From: Saprospiraceae bacterium
Lineage (GTDB): Bacteria > Bacteroidota > Bacteroidia > Chitinophagales > Saprospiraceae
Length of the DNA: 64,000 nt
Reading direction: 5' to 3'
Assembly: GCA_022844265.1 (NCBI GenBank)
Contig: JALHMA010000001.1
Coordinates: 18,260 to 82,259, forward strand
The notes under the pieces are model-generated. The model did no database searches, was not told where the DNA came from, and saw only the letters and a list, made by a program, of their open reading frames with translations. This document shows positions 18,369-27,849 of the stretch, piece after piece; position 1 is the stretch's first letter; every line of letters begins with the position of its first letter. Both the position numbers and the translations under genes were made by a program.

Positions 18369-18387
18369 GTTAACTGATAACTAAACA

Positions 18388-19095
18388 ATGGGCAAATACA
18401 AGTCATTAAAAGAAGCGGCCTACGAAGCCAACATGGAGATACTCCACCAGAAATTAGCCATTTACACTTTTGGCAATGTATCGGCCATTGATCGTGCGGC
18501 GGGCATCGTTGCCATCAAACCCAGCGGGGTGCCGTATTTGGAACTGAAGCCGGAAGATATGGTGCTGGTGGATTTGGACAATACGGTGGTGGAAGGTAGT
18601 AAACGGCCCTCTTCCGATACAAAAACGCATGTTCTTTTGTACCGTCATTTTGAAAAAATCGGCGGTATTTGCCATACGCATTCCACCTACGCTGTGGCCT
18701 GGGCGCAGGCCATGCGGGCCATTCCCAACCTGGGTACCACCCATGCCGATCACCTGGTGGCTGCCGTTCCGGTCACGGAAGTGATGTCCGATGATATGAT
18801 TTTGGGAGATTATGAGCATGAAACCGGCAATCAGATATTAAATGTGTTCAAAAAACACAATCTTTCGCCCGAAGAAGTGGAAATGGTGCTGGTGGCCTGT
18901 CACGGCCCTTTTACCTGGGGAAAGGACGCCGCCAAGGCAGTCTACAATGCCACCGTGCTGGAAGAACTGGCAAAAATGGCTTACCTGACCCTGCAAATCA
19001 ACCCTGCAACGCCTCCCATCAAACAGACCCTGATAGACAAACATTATTTTAGGAAACACGGCCAGGGCGCTTATTATGGGCAAAGCGGATATTAG
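18388..19095 (+). CDS. araD: L-ribulose-5-phosphate 4-epimerase
   Basis: The protein is 235 aa and has class II aldolase/AraD motifs (GNVSAIDR, ICHTHSTYA, GHGPFTWG). Confidence 0.93.
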   Translation: MGKYKSLKEAAYEANMEILHQKLAIYTFGNVSAIDRAAGIVAIKPSGVPYLELKPEDMVLVDLDNTVVEGSKRPSSDTKTHVLLYRHFEKIGGICHTHSTYAVAWAQAMRAIPNLGTTHADHLVAAVPVTEVMSDDMILGDYEHETGNQILNVFKKHNLSPEEVEMVLVACHGPFTWGKDAAKAVYNATVLEELAKMAYLTLQINPATPPIKQTLIDKHYFRKHGQGAYYGQSGY

Positions 19096-19200
19096 TTATT
19101 CGTTATCAGTTATTCGTTATTCGTGTGCTAACCCTCGGCTTTTATTTTTCACCCGATCAAAGGTTACCACACGAATAACAAATAACTAATAACGAATAAC
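19095..19200. repeat. Word-repeat hairpin (GTTATTC words) at the araD|transporter junction
   Basis: The 33-nt arms at 19095-19127 and 19168-19200 are complementary at 31 of 33 positions. The 40-nt loop has extra internal pairing (taacc/ggtta, tcgg/ccga). Confidence 0.85.
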
Positions 19201-19235
19201 TAACAAAAACATTAACCAACAACAATCTTCAAACA

Positions 19236-20852
19236 ATGCAAGGATTTGACACACTTGACTGGATCGTTATTGGAGTGTACTTTCTCCTCCTAATGGGGAT
19301 AGCGCTCTGGGTAATCCGGCAAAAACAGAACAACACGGAAGACTACTTTCTGGCAGGCCGCAACATTGGCTGGTTTGTGGTAGGCGCTTCCATTTTTGCT
19401 TCCAACATCGGCTCTGAACACGTCGTAGGGCTTGCCGGCGCAGGTGCGGGTGGTAAAATTCCGATGCTCATTTATGAACTGCACGCGTGGCTGGTGCTGG
19501 CTTTGGGCTGGATTTTCCTGCCTTTTTACCTGCGCAGCGGTGTTTTTACCATGCCTGAGTTTTTGGAACGGCGTTTTAACTCCAAAACACGCTGGTTTCT
19601 GACTGTTTTTTCCCTGCTGGCTTATGTACTCACCAAGGTTTCGGTGACGGTGTATGCGGGCGGTATTGTCATTGCGTCGCTGTTGCATATTGATTTTTGG
19701 TTTGGAGCGCTCCTCACCGTGGTACTTACAGGCGCTTACACCGTGCTGGGCGGTATGCGGGCGGTGGTGTATACCGAGGCATTACAAACCGTTGTGCTGG
19801 TGATCGGCGCCGGTACCCTGACCTTTGTCGGCCTGAACGCTGTAGGCGGCTGGGACGGTATGAGAAGTTCGCTGGAACCCGGATACCTGAACATGTGGCG
19901 GCCTGCCGATGACCCTGAATTCCCCTGGCCCTCCCTGGTGATTACCAGTACGATTGTGGGTATCTGGTACTGGTGTACCGATCAGTATATCGTACAGCGC
20001 GCCCTGGCGGCACAAAATATTACCCAGGGTCGGCGCGGTACCATTTTCGGTGCATTGCTCAAGCTGTTGCCTGTTTTTCTGTTCCTCATTCCCGGTGTGG
20101 TTGCTTTGGCCTTGAAAAACAGGGGCGAACTGAGTTGGGACACACCCGATCAGGCTTTTGCCAGCTTGCTGATGGAGAAAATGCCCTCCGGATTGAGAGG
20201 GTTGGTAGCAGCCGGCTTGCTGGCAGCGCTGATGAGTTCATTGGCTTCGGTGTTTAATTCATGTTCCACGCTGTTTACGGTGGACGTTTACAGAAAACTG
20301 TATCCCGACACTCCGGAGAAAAAATTGGTAAATGTCGGGCGCGTGGCTACCGCCATCGTTGTAGTGTTGGGTATTGCCTGGATACCGATTATGCAAAACA
20401 TTTCCGGGGTGCTGTATGAATACCTGCAGTCGGTGCAGTCTTATATCGCGCCGCCGATAACCGCTGTTTTCCTGCTGGGTATTTTCTCTAAACGAATCAA
20501 CGCCCAGGGCGCCATGGCTACGCTGGTCGCCGGTTTATCAGTAGCAGCGGTGCGACTTGTCCTGGAATTGAACCGCCATTCGCTGGACCCCGATGGTATG
20601 CTCTTCGCATTTGCCAACATGAACTTCCTCACATTTGCTGCCTGGTTCTTCCTGTTTTCCATTACAGTTTGTGTAGTTGCCAGTTTACTGACGCCTGCGC
20701 CTTCCGCTGCTCAGGTAGAAGGGCTTACTTTCGGAACCCTCAGCAAACAGCAAAAAGCAGACAACCGCAGCAGTTACAATATCTGGGATATCCTGGTTTC
20801 CCTGCTTGTTATTGGAATCGTGGTGTATGTTATGGTTAGTTTCACCGGATAA
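19236..20852 (+). CDS. Sodium:solute symporter (SGLT/SSS family), probable arabinose/pentose transporter
   Basis: The protein is 538 aa and multi-TM, with SSS signatures (GRNIGWFVVGASIFASNIGSEH, YTVLGGMRAVVYTE). Substrate assignment rests on its position inside the ara cluster. Confidence 0.88.
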   Translation: MQGFDTLDWIVIGVYFLLLMGIALWVIRQKQNNTEDYFLAGRNIGWFVVGASIFASNIGSEHVVGLAGAGAGGKIPMLIYELHAWLVLALGWIFLPFYLRSGVFTMPEFLERRFNSKTRWFLTVFSLLAYVLTKVSVTVYAGGIVIASLLHIDFWFGALLTVVLTGAYTVLGGMRAVVYTEALQTVVLVIGAGTLTFVGLNAVGGWDGMRSSLEPGYLNMWRPADDPEFPWPSLVITSTIVGIWYWCTDQYIVQRALAAQNITQGRRGTIFGALLKLLPVFLFLIPGVVALALKNRGELSWDTPDQAFASLLMEKMPSGLRGLVAAGLLAALMSSLASVFNSCSTLFTVDVYRKLYPDTPEKKLVNVGRVATAIVVVLGIAWIPIMQNISGVLYEYLQSVQSYIAPPITAVFLLGIFSKRINAQGAMATLVAGLSVAAVRLVLELNRHSLDPDGMLFAFANMNFLTFAAWFFLFSITVCVVASLLTPAPSAAQVEGLTFGTLSKQQKADNRSSYNIWDILVSLLVIGIVVYVMVSFTG

Positions 20853-20865
20853 GCATAGGGCAAAA

Positions 20866-20948
20866 TTATTGAGATATTAAGATATTGGGATATTCTATTG
20901 ACAATCAATAAATGGAGTGATCATATCCCAATATCTTAATATCAATAA
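20866..20948. repeat. Word-repeat hairpin (GATATT words) at the transporter|galM junction
   Basis: ttattgagatattaagatattgggatat (20866-20893) pairs with atatcccaatatcttaatatcaataa (20923-20948), with a 2-nt bulge. Confidence 0.8.
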
Positions 20949-20989
20949 ATATCATACTTGCACTTAAAAATTGAAAATATACATCAGCC

Positions 20990-22141
20990 ATGAAAAAAAT
21001 TGACCTGGCCCTCTGTATTGTACTTTTCGGAACTCTCTTTGCATTGTATTGCTGCAAACAAACCGCTCCCACGCCCAAGGCCACGATTGAAAAGAGTGCT
21101 TTTGGCGCCTTGCCCGATGGGCGAACGGCCGATTTGTACACCTTGCGGAATGAGCAGGGCATGACCGTACAGATTACCAATTTCGGCGGCGCCATTACTT
21201 CCTGGACGGCCCCGGATAAAACGGGCAAATACGAGGATATTACACTGGGTTGTGATTCACTTGCCGGCTACCTGCGCGGCACCCCTTTTTTTGGAGCGTT
21301 GATCGGACGGTACGGCAATCGCATCGCCAAAGGGAAATTCACACTGGATAGCGCCACGTATTCATTAGCAACCAATAATATCGGCAATCACCTGCACGGC
21401 GGCATCGTCGGTTTTGATAAGGTATTGTGGTCGGCTAAGGTAATCGAACATGAAAGACCAACGCTGCAACTCACGTATGTGTCAAAAGATGGCGAGGAAG
21501 GTTATCCCGGCGAACTGTCTGTCGAAGTGATATACACTTTGCTAAAGGAAAATGCCTTAAGTATACACTATTCAGCGACTACAGACAAACCAACGGTAGT
21601 GAACCTGACCAACCATGCGTATTTCAACCTCGCGAACGGGGGCAAAGGCGATATTCTTCAACATGAATTGATGTTGAGTGCCGATGCTTTCTTACCGGTG
21701 GACAGTACGCTGATCCCGACGGGTGAACAGCGCCCGGTGAAAGGAACGGTATTCGATTTTACGCAGCCCACAAAAATCGGTGCGCGTATCGACGATACCG
21801 CTGATGTTCAGATCAAATACGGGTTGGGTTATGACCATTGCTGGGTATTCAATAAGGCGCACAGTAGTACGGCGCAATTGATTGCTACCCTGTACGAACC
21901 CACTTCGGGTCGCCTGCTGGAGGTATTGACTACAGAACCCGCCATCCAGTTTTATTCGGGCAATTTTCTGGATGGAACAGTGATCGGAAAAGGTGGCGTG
22001 GCGTATCAAAAACGCTCCGGTCTTTGCCTCGAAACACAACATTTTCCGGATTCGCCCAACAAGCCGGATTTTCCGAGCACGGTGCTGCGGCCGGGGGAAA
22101 AGTACCAGACGACAACGGTGTACCGATGCTCTGTTAAATAA
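20990..22141 (+). CDS. galM: Aldose 1-epimerase (mutarotase)
   Basis: It has a signal/lipoprotein-like N-terminus and contains GRYGNRIAKGKF, NHLHGG, NLTNHAYFNL and CLETQHFPDSPN. Confidence 0.9.
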   Translation: MKKIDLALCIVLFGTLFALYCCKQTAPTPKATIEKSAFGALPDGRTADLYTLRNEQGMTVQITNFGGAITSWTAPDKTGKYEDITLGCDSLAGYLRGTPFFGALIGRYGNRIAKGKFTLDSATYSLATNNIGNHLHGGIVGFDKVLWSAKVIEHERPTLQLTYVSKDGEEGYPGELSVEVIYTLLKENALSIHYSATTDKPTVVNLTNHAYFNLANGGKGDILQHELMLSADAFLPVDSTLIPTGEQRPVKGTVFDFTQPTKIGARIDDTADVQIKYGLGYDHCWVFNKAHSSTAQLIATLYEPTSGRLLEVLTTEPAIQFYSGNFLDGTVIGKGGVAYQKRSGLCLETQHFPDSPNKPDFPSTVLRPGEKYQTTTVYRCSVK

Positions 22142-22267
22142 GTGTGTATGGTGTTTCGTGTTTAGTGTTTGGGGCTTCGCCTTTGGCGACTGTAGGTAAT
22201 TCAGCCAAAATACACACAGTCGCCAAAGGCGAAGCGCCCTAAACACTAAATACCAAACACGAAACAC
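22142..22267. repeat. GTGTTTGG-family hairpin element (galM|amidohydrolase convergent junction)
   Basis: The left arm is gtgtgtatggtgtttcgtgtttagtgtttggggcttcgcctttggcgactgt. The right arm is acagtcgccaaaggcgaagcgccctaaacactaaataccaaacacgaaacac. The element fills the gap between the two stop codons exactly. Confidence 0.9.
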
Positions 22268-22268
22268 T

Positions 22269-25200
22269 TTAATGTCCGCAAACGCACCTAGCTTCCTGGC
22301 AGCTATGGCTCATACCCGCGCCGCTCGTGTGGCTACCCGGCATTTCAAACCAGAATTTGTTCCGTTTTTTATTGTAGTTACCGATTTCATCGAGCGTTGC
22401 AGCATCGAACAAACGACCATTGACCATTACATAACGAATTGATTCCGAGTTTTTTATATCGTCCAACGGGTTTTGGTCGAGCACAATCAGGTCAGCGAGT
22501 TTACCGGCTTTCAGCGAGCCGATTTCTTTGTCCATGCCGAGGTGTATGGCCCCGTTGATGGTCGCGCATTTCAAAGCCTGCAGGTTGCTCATGCCGCCTT
22601 GTTGCAGCATCCAGAGTTCCCAGTGCGCACCGAGTCCGTTGAGTTGGCCGTGCGCGCCGAGGTTGATGTTGACGCCGGCGTCCTGGAGTTTTTTACAGGA
22701 TTGACTGACTAGAATGTGGCCATTCAGGTATTCTTCTTCCGGCGCCATGGTGCGGTGGCGGCTGCGTTCGTCGAGGATATGTTTCGGCGTGAACTGGAGC
22801 AGCCGCTCTTTTTTCCATACTTCCGTATTCTGGTACCAGAAGTATTCGCCGGTAAGGCTGCCGTAGTTCACAATCAGGGTAGGGGTGTTGTGCGTTCCGG
22901 TTTTGCTCCATAAATTGATCACATCGGAGTACAGCGGCGCCACGGGCAGGTTGTGCTCGACAGAACTATGACCGTCTACCACTTCCGTCAGGTTGTGGTG
23001 AAAGAAAGAACCGCCTTCGGGCACCACGAGCATACCCAGTTCCCGGGCGGCAGCGATGACCTGCTGGCGCTGATCGCGGCGCGGCTGGTTATAACTTTTT
23101 ACGGATAAAGCGCCCCAGGCTTTGGTGCGGCGCAGCGCGGATCGCGCGTCTTCCAGCGAATTAATGGGCGCTTTAAAATCGCCGTCAGCGCCGTACAGGA
23201 TAGTGCCGGTGGAAAAAAGTCTCGGCCCGATCATGTGTCCTGCCTTGAGCATTTCGGCGTTGCTGAACGCCATTTCGGAGTTGACGGAAGGGTCGTGCTG
23301 CGTGGTGACACCATAGGCGAGTTGGGCGTAGTACTCCCATTGTTTTTGCGGATTCAGACCAAATCGGAAATTTCCGGGGTGTGCGTGAACGTCCAGCATG
23401 CCCGGCATAATGGTTTTGCCACTGCAATCGATGATTTTAGGGTTATTGACCCGGAATCGTGCTGCCTGGTATTCCGTTTGAGAGCCGACAAAAGTGATTT
23501 TATTGCGTTCCACCACCAATACGCCGTTTTCAATCACGCGGTCGTTTTCCATTGTGATGATGCGGGCATTTTCAAAAACAAGCGCGCCCTCCGGCATGTC
23601 GCTTTGCAGGGTCAGGCCAATTTTCAGACCGGCGGTGTCCAGCGGCGGCAAGGTATCCGGCGCGCCTTCGACGAATGCAAAACGTTTGTCCAGGTTGATG
23701 GTGAAATATTCATCACCGAGCGTGTAGTGCAGTTTTTTGGAGTCGCCACTCCAGTGCAGGTTGTAGCCCGCGTCGCGGCTGACTTGTGCAACCGGCACAG
23801 CCTTCGTGTCGGCGGCGAGGTCCACCGTTTTTCCGGCAGGCGGCAAAGCACAGATGTATGTTTTATGCAATTCGCTGAATGCCAGCCATTTGCCGTCGGG
23901 TGAGGCCGTCCATTGATTGGCGTATTTGCCTTTAAAATGGATGCGCTCATCCTTTCCGTTCAAGTCATAAGATTTCAAGGATTTGTCCAATGCGCCGAAC
24001 AAGGCGCCGCCGGTGTTGACATAAATACGTTTTCCATCGGCGGAAAATCGCGGGTATTCGCCGCCTTCAGCGATAAACCGCAGGTTTTTCCCATCCGAAT
24101 CCACGACATAAATACCGGGTTTCTCGGTCATGGCGGGGCCCATTTCGTCGTCGCCATTTTGCATCCTGAAAACAACCTGTTTGCCATCCGGAGAAAAAGA
24201 AGGGGTGCGGTAAATACCGGGAGCAGTGATGAGGCTACGCAAAGCGGTGGCATCTTTTCCGGTTTGCTGCCAGATCAGCAGATCGCCTTTTTTTTCGTCG
24301 TTCCAGATAACAAAAGCGATGGAGCGGCCATCGGGTGAAAAGGCCGGTTCTGCCTGCACATCATCCTCCCGCAATCCGCTGCCCGTGGGGAACATCAGGT
24401 TTGTTTTCCCGTCCGGCAGCATTTTTTTATACAAACGACCTGCGGCATTAAAAAGCAGGATTTTGCCGTCTGGGCTGGTTACGGCATTGCGAATGGCATG
24501 GGCGGTAAAGCTCGGTTCGAAAGCCTTGTTTTCAAAACGCAGGGTTTCGGCTACTTTGGTTTTCACTGTGCTGGTAAACGGAATATCGGTCACTACCGGT
24601 TTGGAGCCGGTAGCCAAAGAAGCCATTTCCGGCAGCGCTATCTTCCTGATTTTTCCTCCTGCCCAGATGACGATAGATTTTCCGTCGGGCATCCAGGAGA
24701 ATCCCGGGTAGCACCCGAAAGTCGTCCAGGCTTCCTGCTGGTCTTTGTCCAAAGCATCGTACACGGGGTATTCCAGGCCCGTTTCCAGGTTGCGGATACA
24801 CAAAACCGTTTTAGTATAATCACGGCGTACGAAAGCCAGCCATTTGCCGTCGCCTGATACCTGCGGTCGGCAAGCGCCCCCGGAGCCCCCGGTCACGGTT
24901 TCCACCTTGTCTTCCTGGCGGTCGTAGCGGCGGATGGCAAAAATCTGGGTATTCGGGTTTTTATTGTATTGAAAAGCGCCGCCGCCGTACATGTCTTCGC
25001 TGAAATAGATATAGCGGCCATCACGGCTTGCGGAAGGTTCATTGACGTCCTGCTGATCGTTTTTACGTTTGGTGAGTTGTACGCCCTCTCCGCCGGCAGT
25101 ATGGTACATCCAGAGTTCGCCGGCCCCCAGCGAACGGGTATTGGTGAAATGTTTGCGGGCGACGATGTACTGATTGTCCAGCCAGACTGCATTGTTGAGC

Positions 25201-25622
25201 AGGCGGAAACTTTCTTTGGTGATTTGTTTGGCGTTCGTGCCGTTGTTGTTCATCATCCAGATATTATCGCCACCGCCGGCATCCGAAGTGAACAGAATTT
25301 TTTTGCCGTCGGGCGAAAAACGCGGCTGCACTTCCCAGGCAATACCCGAACGGATGCAGGTAGATGCTCCTCCTGCGATGGGAAGCGTGTAAATATCGCC
25401 CAACATGTCAAAGACAAGGGTTGTGCCATCCGGAGAAACATCCAGGCTCATCCAGGAACCTTCGGCTGTGGTGAATTCCACGTCTTTGTAGGCCTGGCCG
25501 GCGGGTTTGCTCACATCCCACTTGGGCTTTTCCTGTGCGGGCAGCAGGAAAGTTCCCAAAAGGGCAAAAATGAGCGGGATAAAACGTGCTTGTGATTTAA
25601 ATGAAAAAGAAAATGACGTCAT
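22269..25622 (-). CDS. TolB-like beta-propeller + amidohydrolase fusion protein (secreted)
   Basis: The N-terminal two thirds carry repeated SPDG/SADG-K-x-I/L-x-F WD40-like propeller blades. The C-terminal part is a metal-dependent amidohydrolase (MPGMLDVHAHPG, LGAHG...). The start is trimmed to MTSFSFSFKSQARFIPLIF (signal peptide). Confidence 0.8.
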   Translation of the reverse strand: MTSFSFSFKSQARFIPLIFALLGTFLLPAQEKPKWDVSKPAGQAYKDVEFTTAEGSWMSLDVSPDGTTLVFDMLGDIYTLPIAGGASTCIRSGIAWEVQPRFSPDGKKILFTSDAGGGDNIWMMNNNGTNAKQITKESFRLLNNAVWLDNQYIVARKHFTNTRSLGAGELWMYHTAGGEGVQLTKRKNDQQDVNEPSASRDGRYIYFSEDMYGGGAFQYNKNPNTQIFAIRRYDRQEDKVETVTGGSGGACRPQVSGDGKWLAFVRRDYTKTVLCIRNLETGLEYPVYDALDKDQQEAWTTFGCYPGFSWMPDGKSIVIWAGGKIRKIALPEMASLATGSKPVVTDIPFTSTVKTKVAETLRFENKAFEPSFTAHAIRNAVTSPDGKILLFNAAGRLYKKMLPDGKTNLMFPTGSGLREDDVQAEPAFSPDGRSIAFVIWNDEKKGDLLIWQQTGKDATALRSLITAPGIYRTPSFSPDGKQVVFRMQNGDDEMGPAMTEKPGIYVVDSDGKNLRFIAEGGEYPRFSADGKRIYVNTGGALFGALDKSLKSYDLNGKDERIHFKGKYANQWTASPDGKWLAFSELHKTYICALPPAGKTVDLAADTKAVPVAQVSRDAGYNLHWSGDSKKLHYTLGDEYFTINLDKRFAFVEGAPDTLPPLDTAGLKIGLTLQSDMPEGALVFENARIITMENDRVIENGVLVVERNKITFVGSQTEYQAARFRVNNPKIIDCSGKTIMPGMLDVHAHPGNFRFGLNPQKQWEYYAQLAYGVTTQHDPSVNSEMAFSNAEMLKAGHMIGPRLFSTGTILYGADGDFKAPINSLEDARSALRRTKAWGALSVKSYNQPRRDQRQQVIAAARELGMLVVPEGGSFFHHNLTEVVDGHSSVEHNLPVAPLYSDVINLWSKTGTHNTPTLIVNYGSLTGEYFWYQNTEVWKKERLLQFTPKHILDERSRHRTMAPEEEYLNGHILVSQSCKKLQDAGVNINLGAHGQLNGLGAHWELWMLQQGGMSNLQALKCATINGAIHLGMDKEIGSLKAGKLADLIVLDQNPLDDIKNSESIRYVMVNGRLFDAATLDEIGNYNKKRNKFWFEMPGSHTSGAGMSHSCQEARCVCGH

Positions 25623-25700
25623 AACGGATAGGTGGTGAAAGATAAGTTGTGTTTGGCGACGCATAAATAAGGAGATTTTGCAAACTCTGTGAAAACTCCG

Positions 25701-26099
25701 ATGTTTGATGCTGTTATGAAGTCCGATGATATTCTCGATGATTTTGATTTTGAAGGAAGCGGCCACCCGCTTTGGGCCGAAGAAGGGGAAGTCGTGGCCA
25801 AATTCTATTCACCTTTAGAGGCAGAAATGGCTGCTGCGCGGCTCCGCTCGGAGGGCATACACTGTTTTCTGGCCAATACCATTTCGCAAACCGTGTTGCC
25901 CCATTTGCAAATTGTAGCGCGTTTGCATGTACGCCCGGTAGATTCTGCGCGGGCACGAGAAATTTTGCAGGAGGCCGTTATTGAAACGGCTATGCCGACC
26001 CAAAGTGACGGGGGCAAAATGGCCTTATTTATCCTGTCCGTGCTGATCGGGCTGATTCTGGCGCTTATTTTGGTGCGCGCCATGTGGGGAGATTTTTAA
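25701..26099 (+). CDS. DUF2007-like small protein with C-terminal TM helix
   Basis: AKFYSPLEAEMAAARLRSEGIHCFL...ARLHVRPVDSARAREIL resembles the putative signal-transducing DUF2007 fold. The start is ambiguous between GTG 25689 and ATG 25701. Confidence 0.5.
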   Translation: MFDAVMKSDDILDDFDFEGSGHPLWAEEGEVVAKFYSPLEAEMAAARLRSEGIHCFLANTISQTVLPHLQIVARLHVRPVDSARAREILQEAVIETAMPTQSDGGKMALFILSVLIGLILALILVRAMWGDF

Positions 26100-27685
26100 A
26101 CGTTGTACTTGATGATTTCTTCCGACAGCGATTTTCCGGTAATCCGGTGATCGAGCCAGGCCAGCACTGGGCCGTAAATAAACAGGGCCTGGTTTTTTTC
26201 GAAATGGGCTTCCAGTTTGGCGCGATGCTTCATGGTTGTCTTCTCAATAGCACCCTGTTGTGGCATGGCAGCGTATCTCAAACCAGTGAGGAGGTCGTGC
26301 ATAAATTTATTTTTCGGTTCATTGCGCTTGTATCTTCTGATGAGGTTTTCGATCAAAGCCGCTCCGTTGTGCTTAATATCTATTTCAATCAGACAGATAA
26401 TTTGTAGTATTTCACTGATCTGAAATGGCTGGGGCAGAGCCTGGTTGCGCGGCAGGTCGAGTATAAGGCTAACCCATTTCAGGGCAATTTCAAAATTTGA
26501 GTTTAAAAAATAAGCCTGAACACAACAATATCGAATAGCGCTCATACGGTTGTAACTTATCAGACTTTGTCGTTTTTGAAGATTTTCTTCTAACTTTTGC
26601 TCTTGAATATAAATACAGGCCTCCCTGAATTGATTAAACCGGATAAAGGAGAGCATCCTGAAATAACAAATACTTCTGTACCGGTGTATCTCTTCCTTTT
26701 TGTTTTTATCTTCCACAAACGAGGATTCCAGTTGTTTAATGCTTTCCAAATTTTTTAATCGCAGACACGAAGCCAGGTAGTTTTCCAAAGTGCTGACATA
26801 AATAACCGGCTCTTCTTCTTTTAAAACTTTTCCTTCATCTGAAATAAGAGCCAGGTTCTTTTTTAGATTATGCAACGCATTTGATAAATTTGCCTGTACC
26901 GAGTCTTTCTGCGCGCTTTTCCGGTCGATGGCAGCTTGTAATTCAAAATAGTATTGCATTTCCACCAGCCTCCAGTGATGTAACCTGGGCGAAAGCCCGT
27001 CTAAATCGTCATCTTGTTTCACCCGAATGGAATCCATAATATGTTGGATATCGGAAGGAACTTCATCTACCTTTGTTTTAGCGGCTACCAACAACTTTTG
27101 GGACTGCAAAAAAGTGGTGTAGGTTTCCTGGATATTGTCCAGGGTGTATTGCAACTCTTCCTGCATTTCTGCCAGCTTCCACGGAACATTGCCCAACCTG
27201 TTGGTGATCCTTGCCTCCCATATCTGTAACTCGAGGAGATATACCGGACGATCCATTTCATACGCCAGCCGTTTTGCTTCCCGTATGACCTTATAACATT
27301 CAATATACAGTTCCTGATAAAACAAGAAGTAGATATCATGGAATGCCTGGAACAGTCGGGTATGCCGGGGTGGCATGGTTCCGGGAGTAGCCCGGATACT
27401 TTCCATAATTTTTTCAAACAGGTAATTGGCCAGGGCATTTAATGTGGTTTTTTTTCCAAATTTATTGCTTTCCAACAGGTCAGATGGCAATTCAGTCACA
27501 TCCTTGTCAGAGATGATGAAATGGCTGATATGATCAAACATCTGGATATACTTCTCATCGTGTTGCTCCGACCAAAACCGGGTATATTTTTTAAAATCCC
27601 TTTTTTGGGTTGGTGTTAATGACCGGATTAAACGATAAAGACTTTGAAGGATGTTCGCACCTCGGAATTTTGAAACCTGCTTCAT
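26096..27685 (-). CDS. Uncharacterised 529-aa all-helical (TPR-like) protein
   Basis: This is a long uninterrupted ORF in a locally AT-rich stretch, with no signal peptide or TM segment. The sequence periodicity suggests helical hairpins. I recognise no catalytic motif. Its stop overlaps the stop of the convergent gene by 2 nt. Confidence 0.6.
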   Translation of the reverse strand: MKQVSKFRGANILQSLYRLIRSLTPTQKRDFKKYTRFWSEQHDEKYIQMFDHISHFIISDKDVTELPSDLLESNKFGKKTTLNALANYLFEKIMESIRATPGTMPPRHTRLFQAFHDIYFLFYQELYIECYKVIREAKRLAYEMDRPVYLLELQIWEARITNRLGNVPWKLAEMQEELQYTLDNIQETYTTFLQSQKLLVAAKTKVDEVPSDIQHIMDSIRVKQDDDLDGLSPRLHHWRLVEMQYYFELQAAIDRKSAQKDSVQANLSNALHNLKKNLALISDEGKVLKEEEPVIYVSTLENYLASCLRLKNLESIKQLESSFVEDKNKKEEIHRYRSICYFRMLSFIRFNQFREACIYIQEQKLEENLQKRQSLISYNRMSAIRYCCVQAYFLNSNFEIALKWVSLILDLPRNQALPQPFQISEILQIICLIEIDIKHNGAALIENLIRRYKRNEPKNKFMHDLLTGLRYAAMPQQGAIEKTTMKHRAKLEAHFEKNQALFIYGPVLAWLDHRITGKSLSEEIIKYNV

Positions 27686-27849
27686 AGTGTTAATATTTTA
27701 ATTTATCTAATTGATTATTAATTGTTTGTAAAAGTATAATATATTTTTGAAGTTTAAAAAAAAGGATGATCTAGTATTGAAATTTCCTTCCCGACCCTTG
27801 TTTGACGGTGGCTACCAACAGTAGATTTGCATCATTAAACTTTCCTGCT

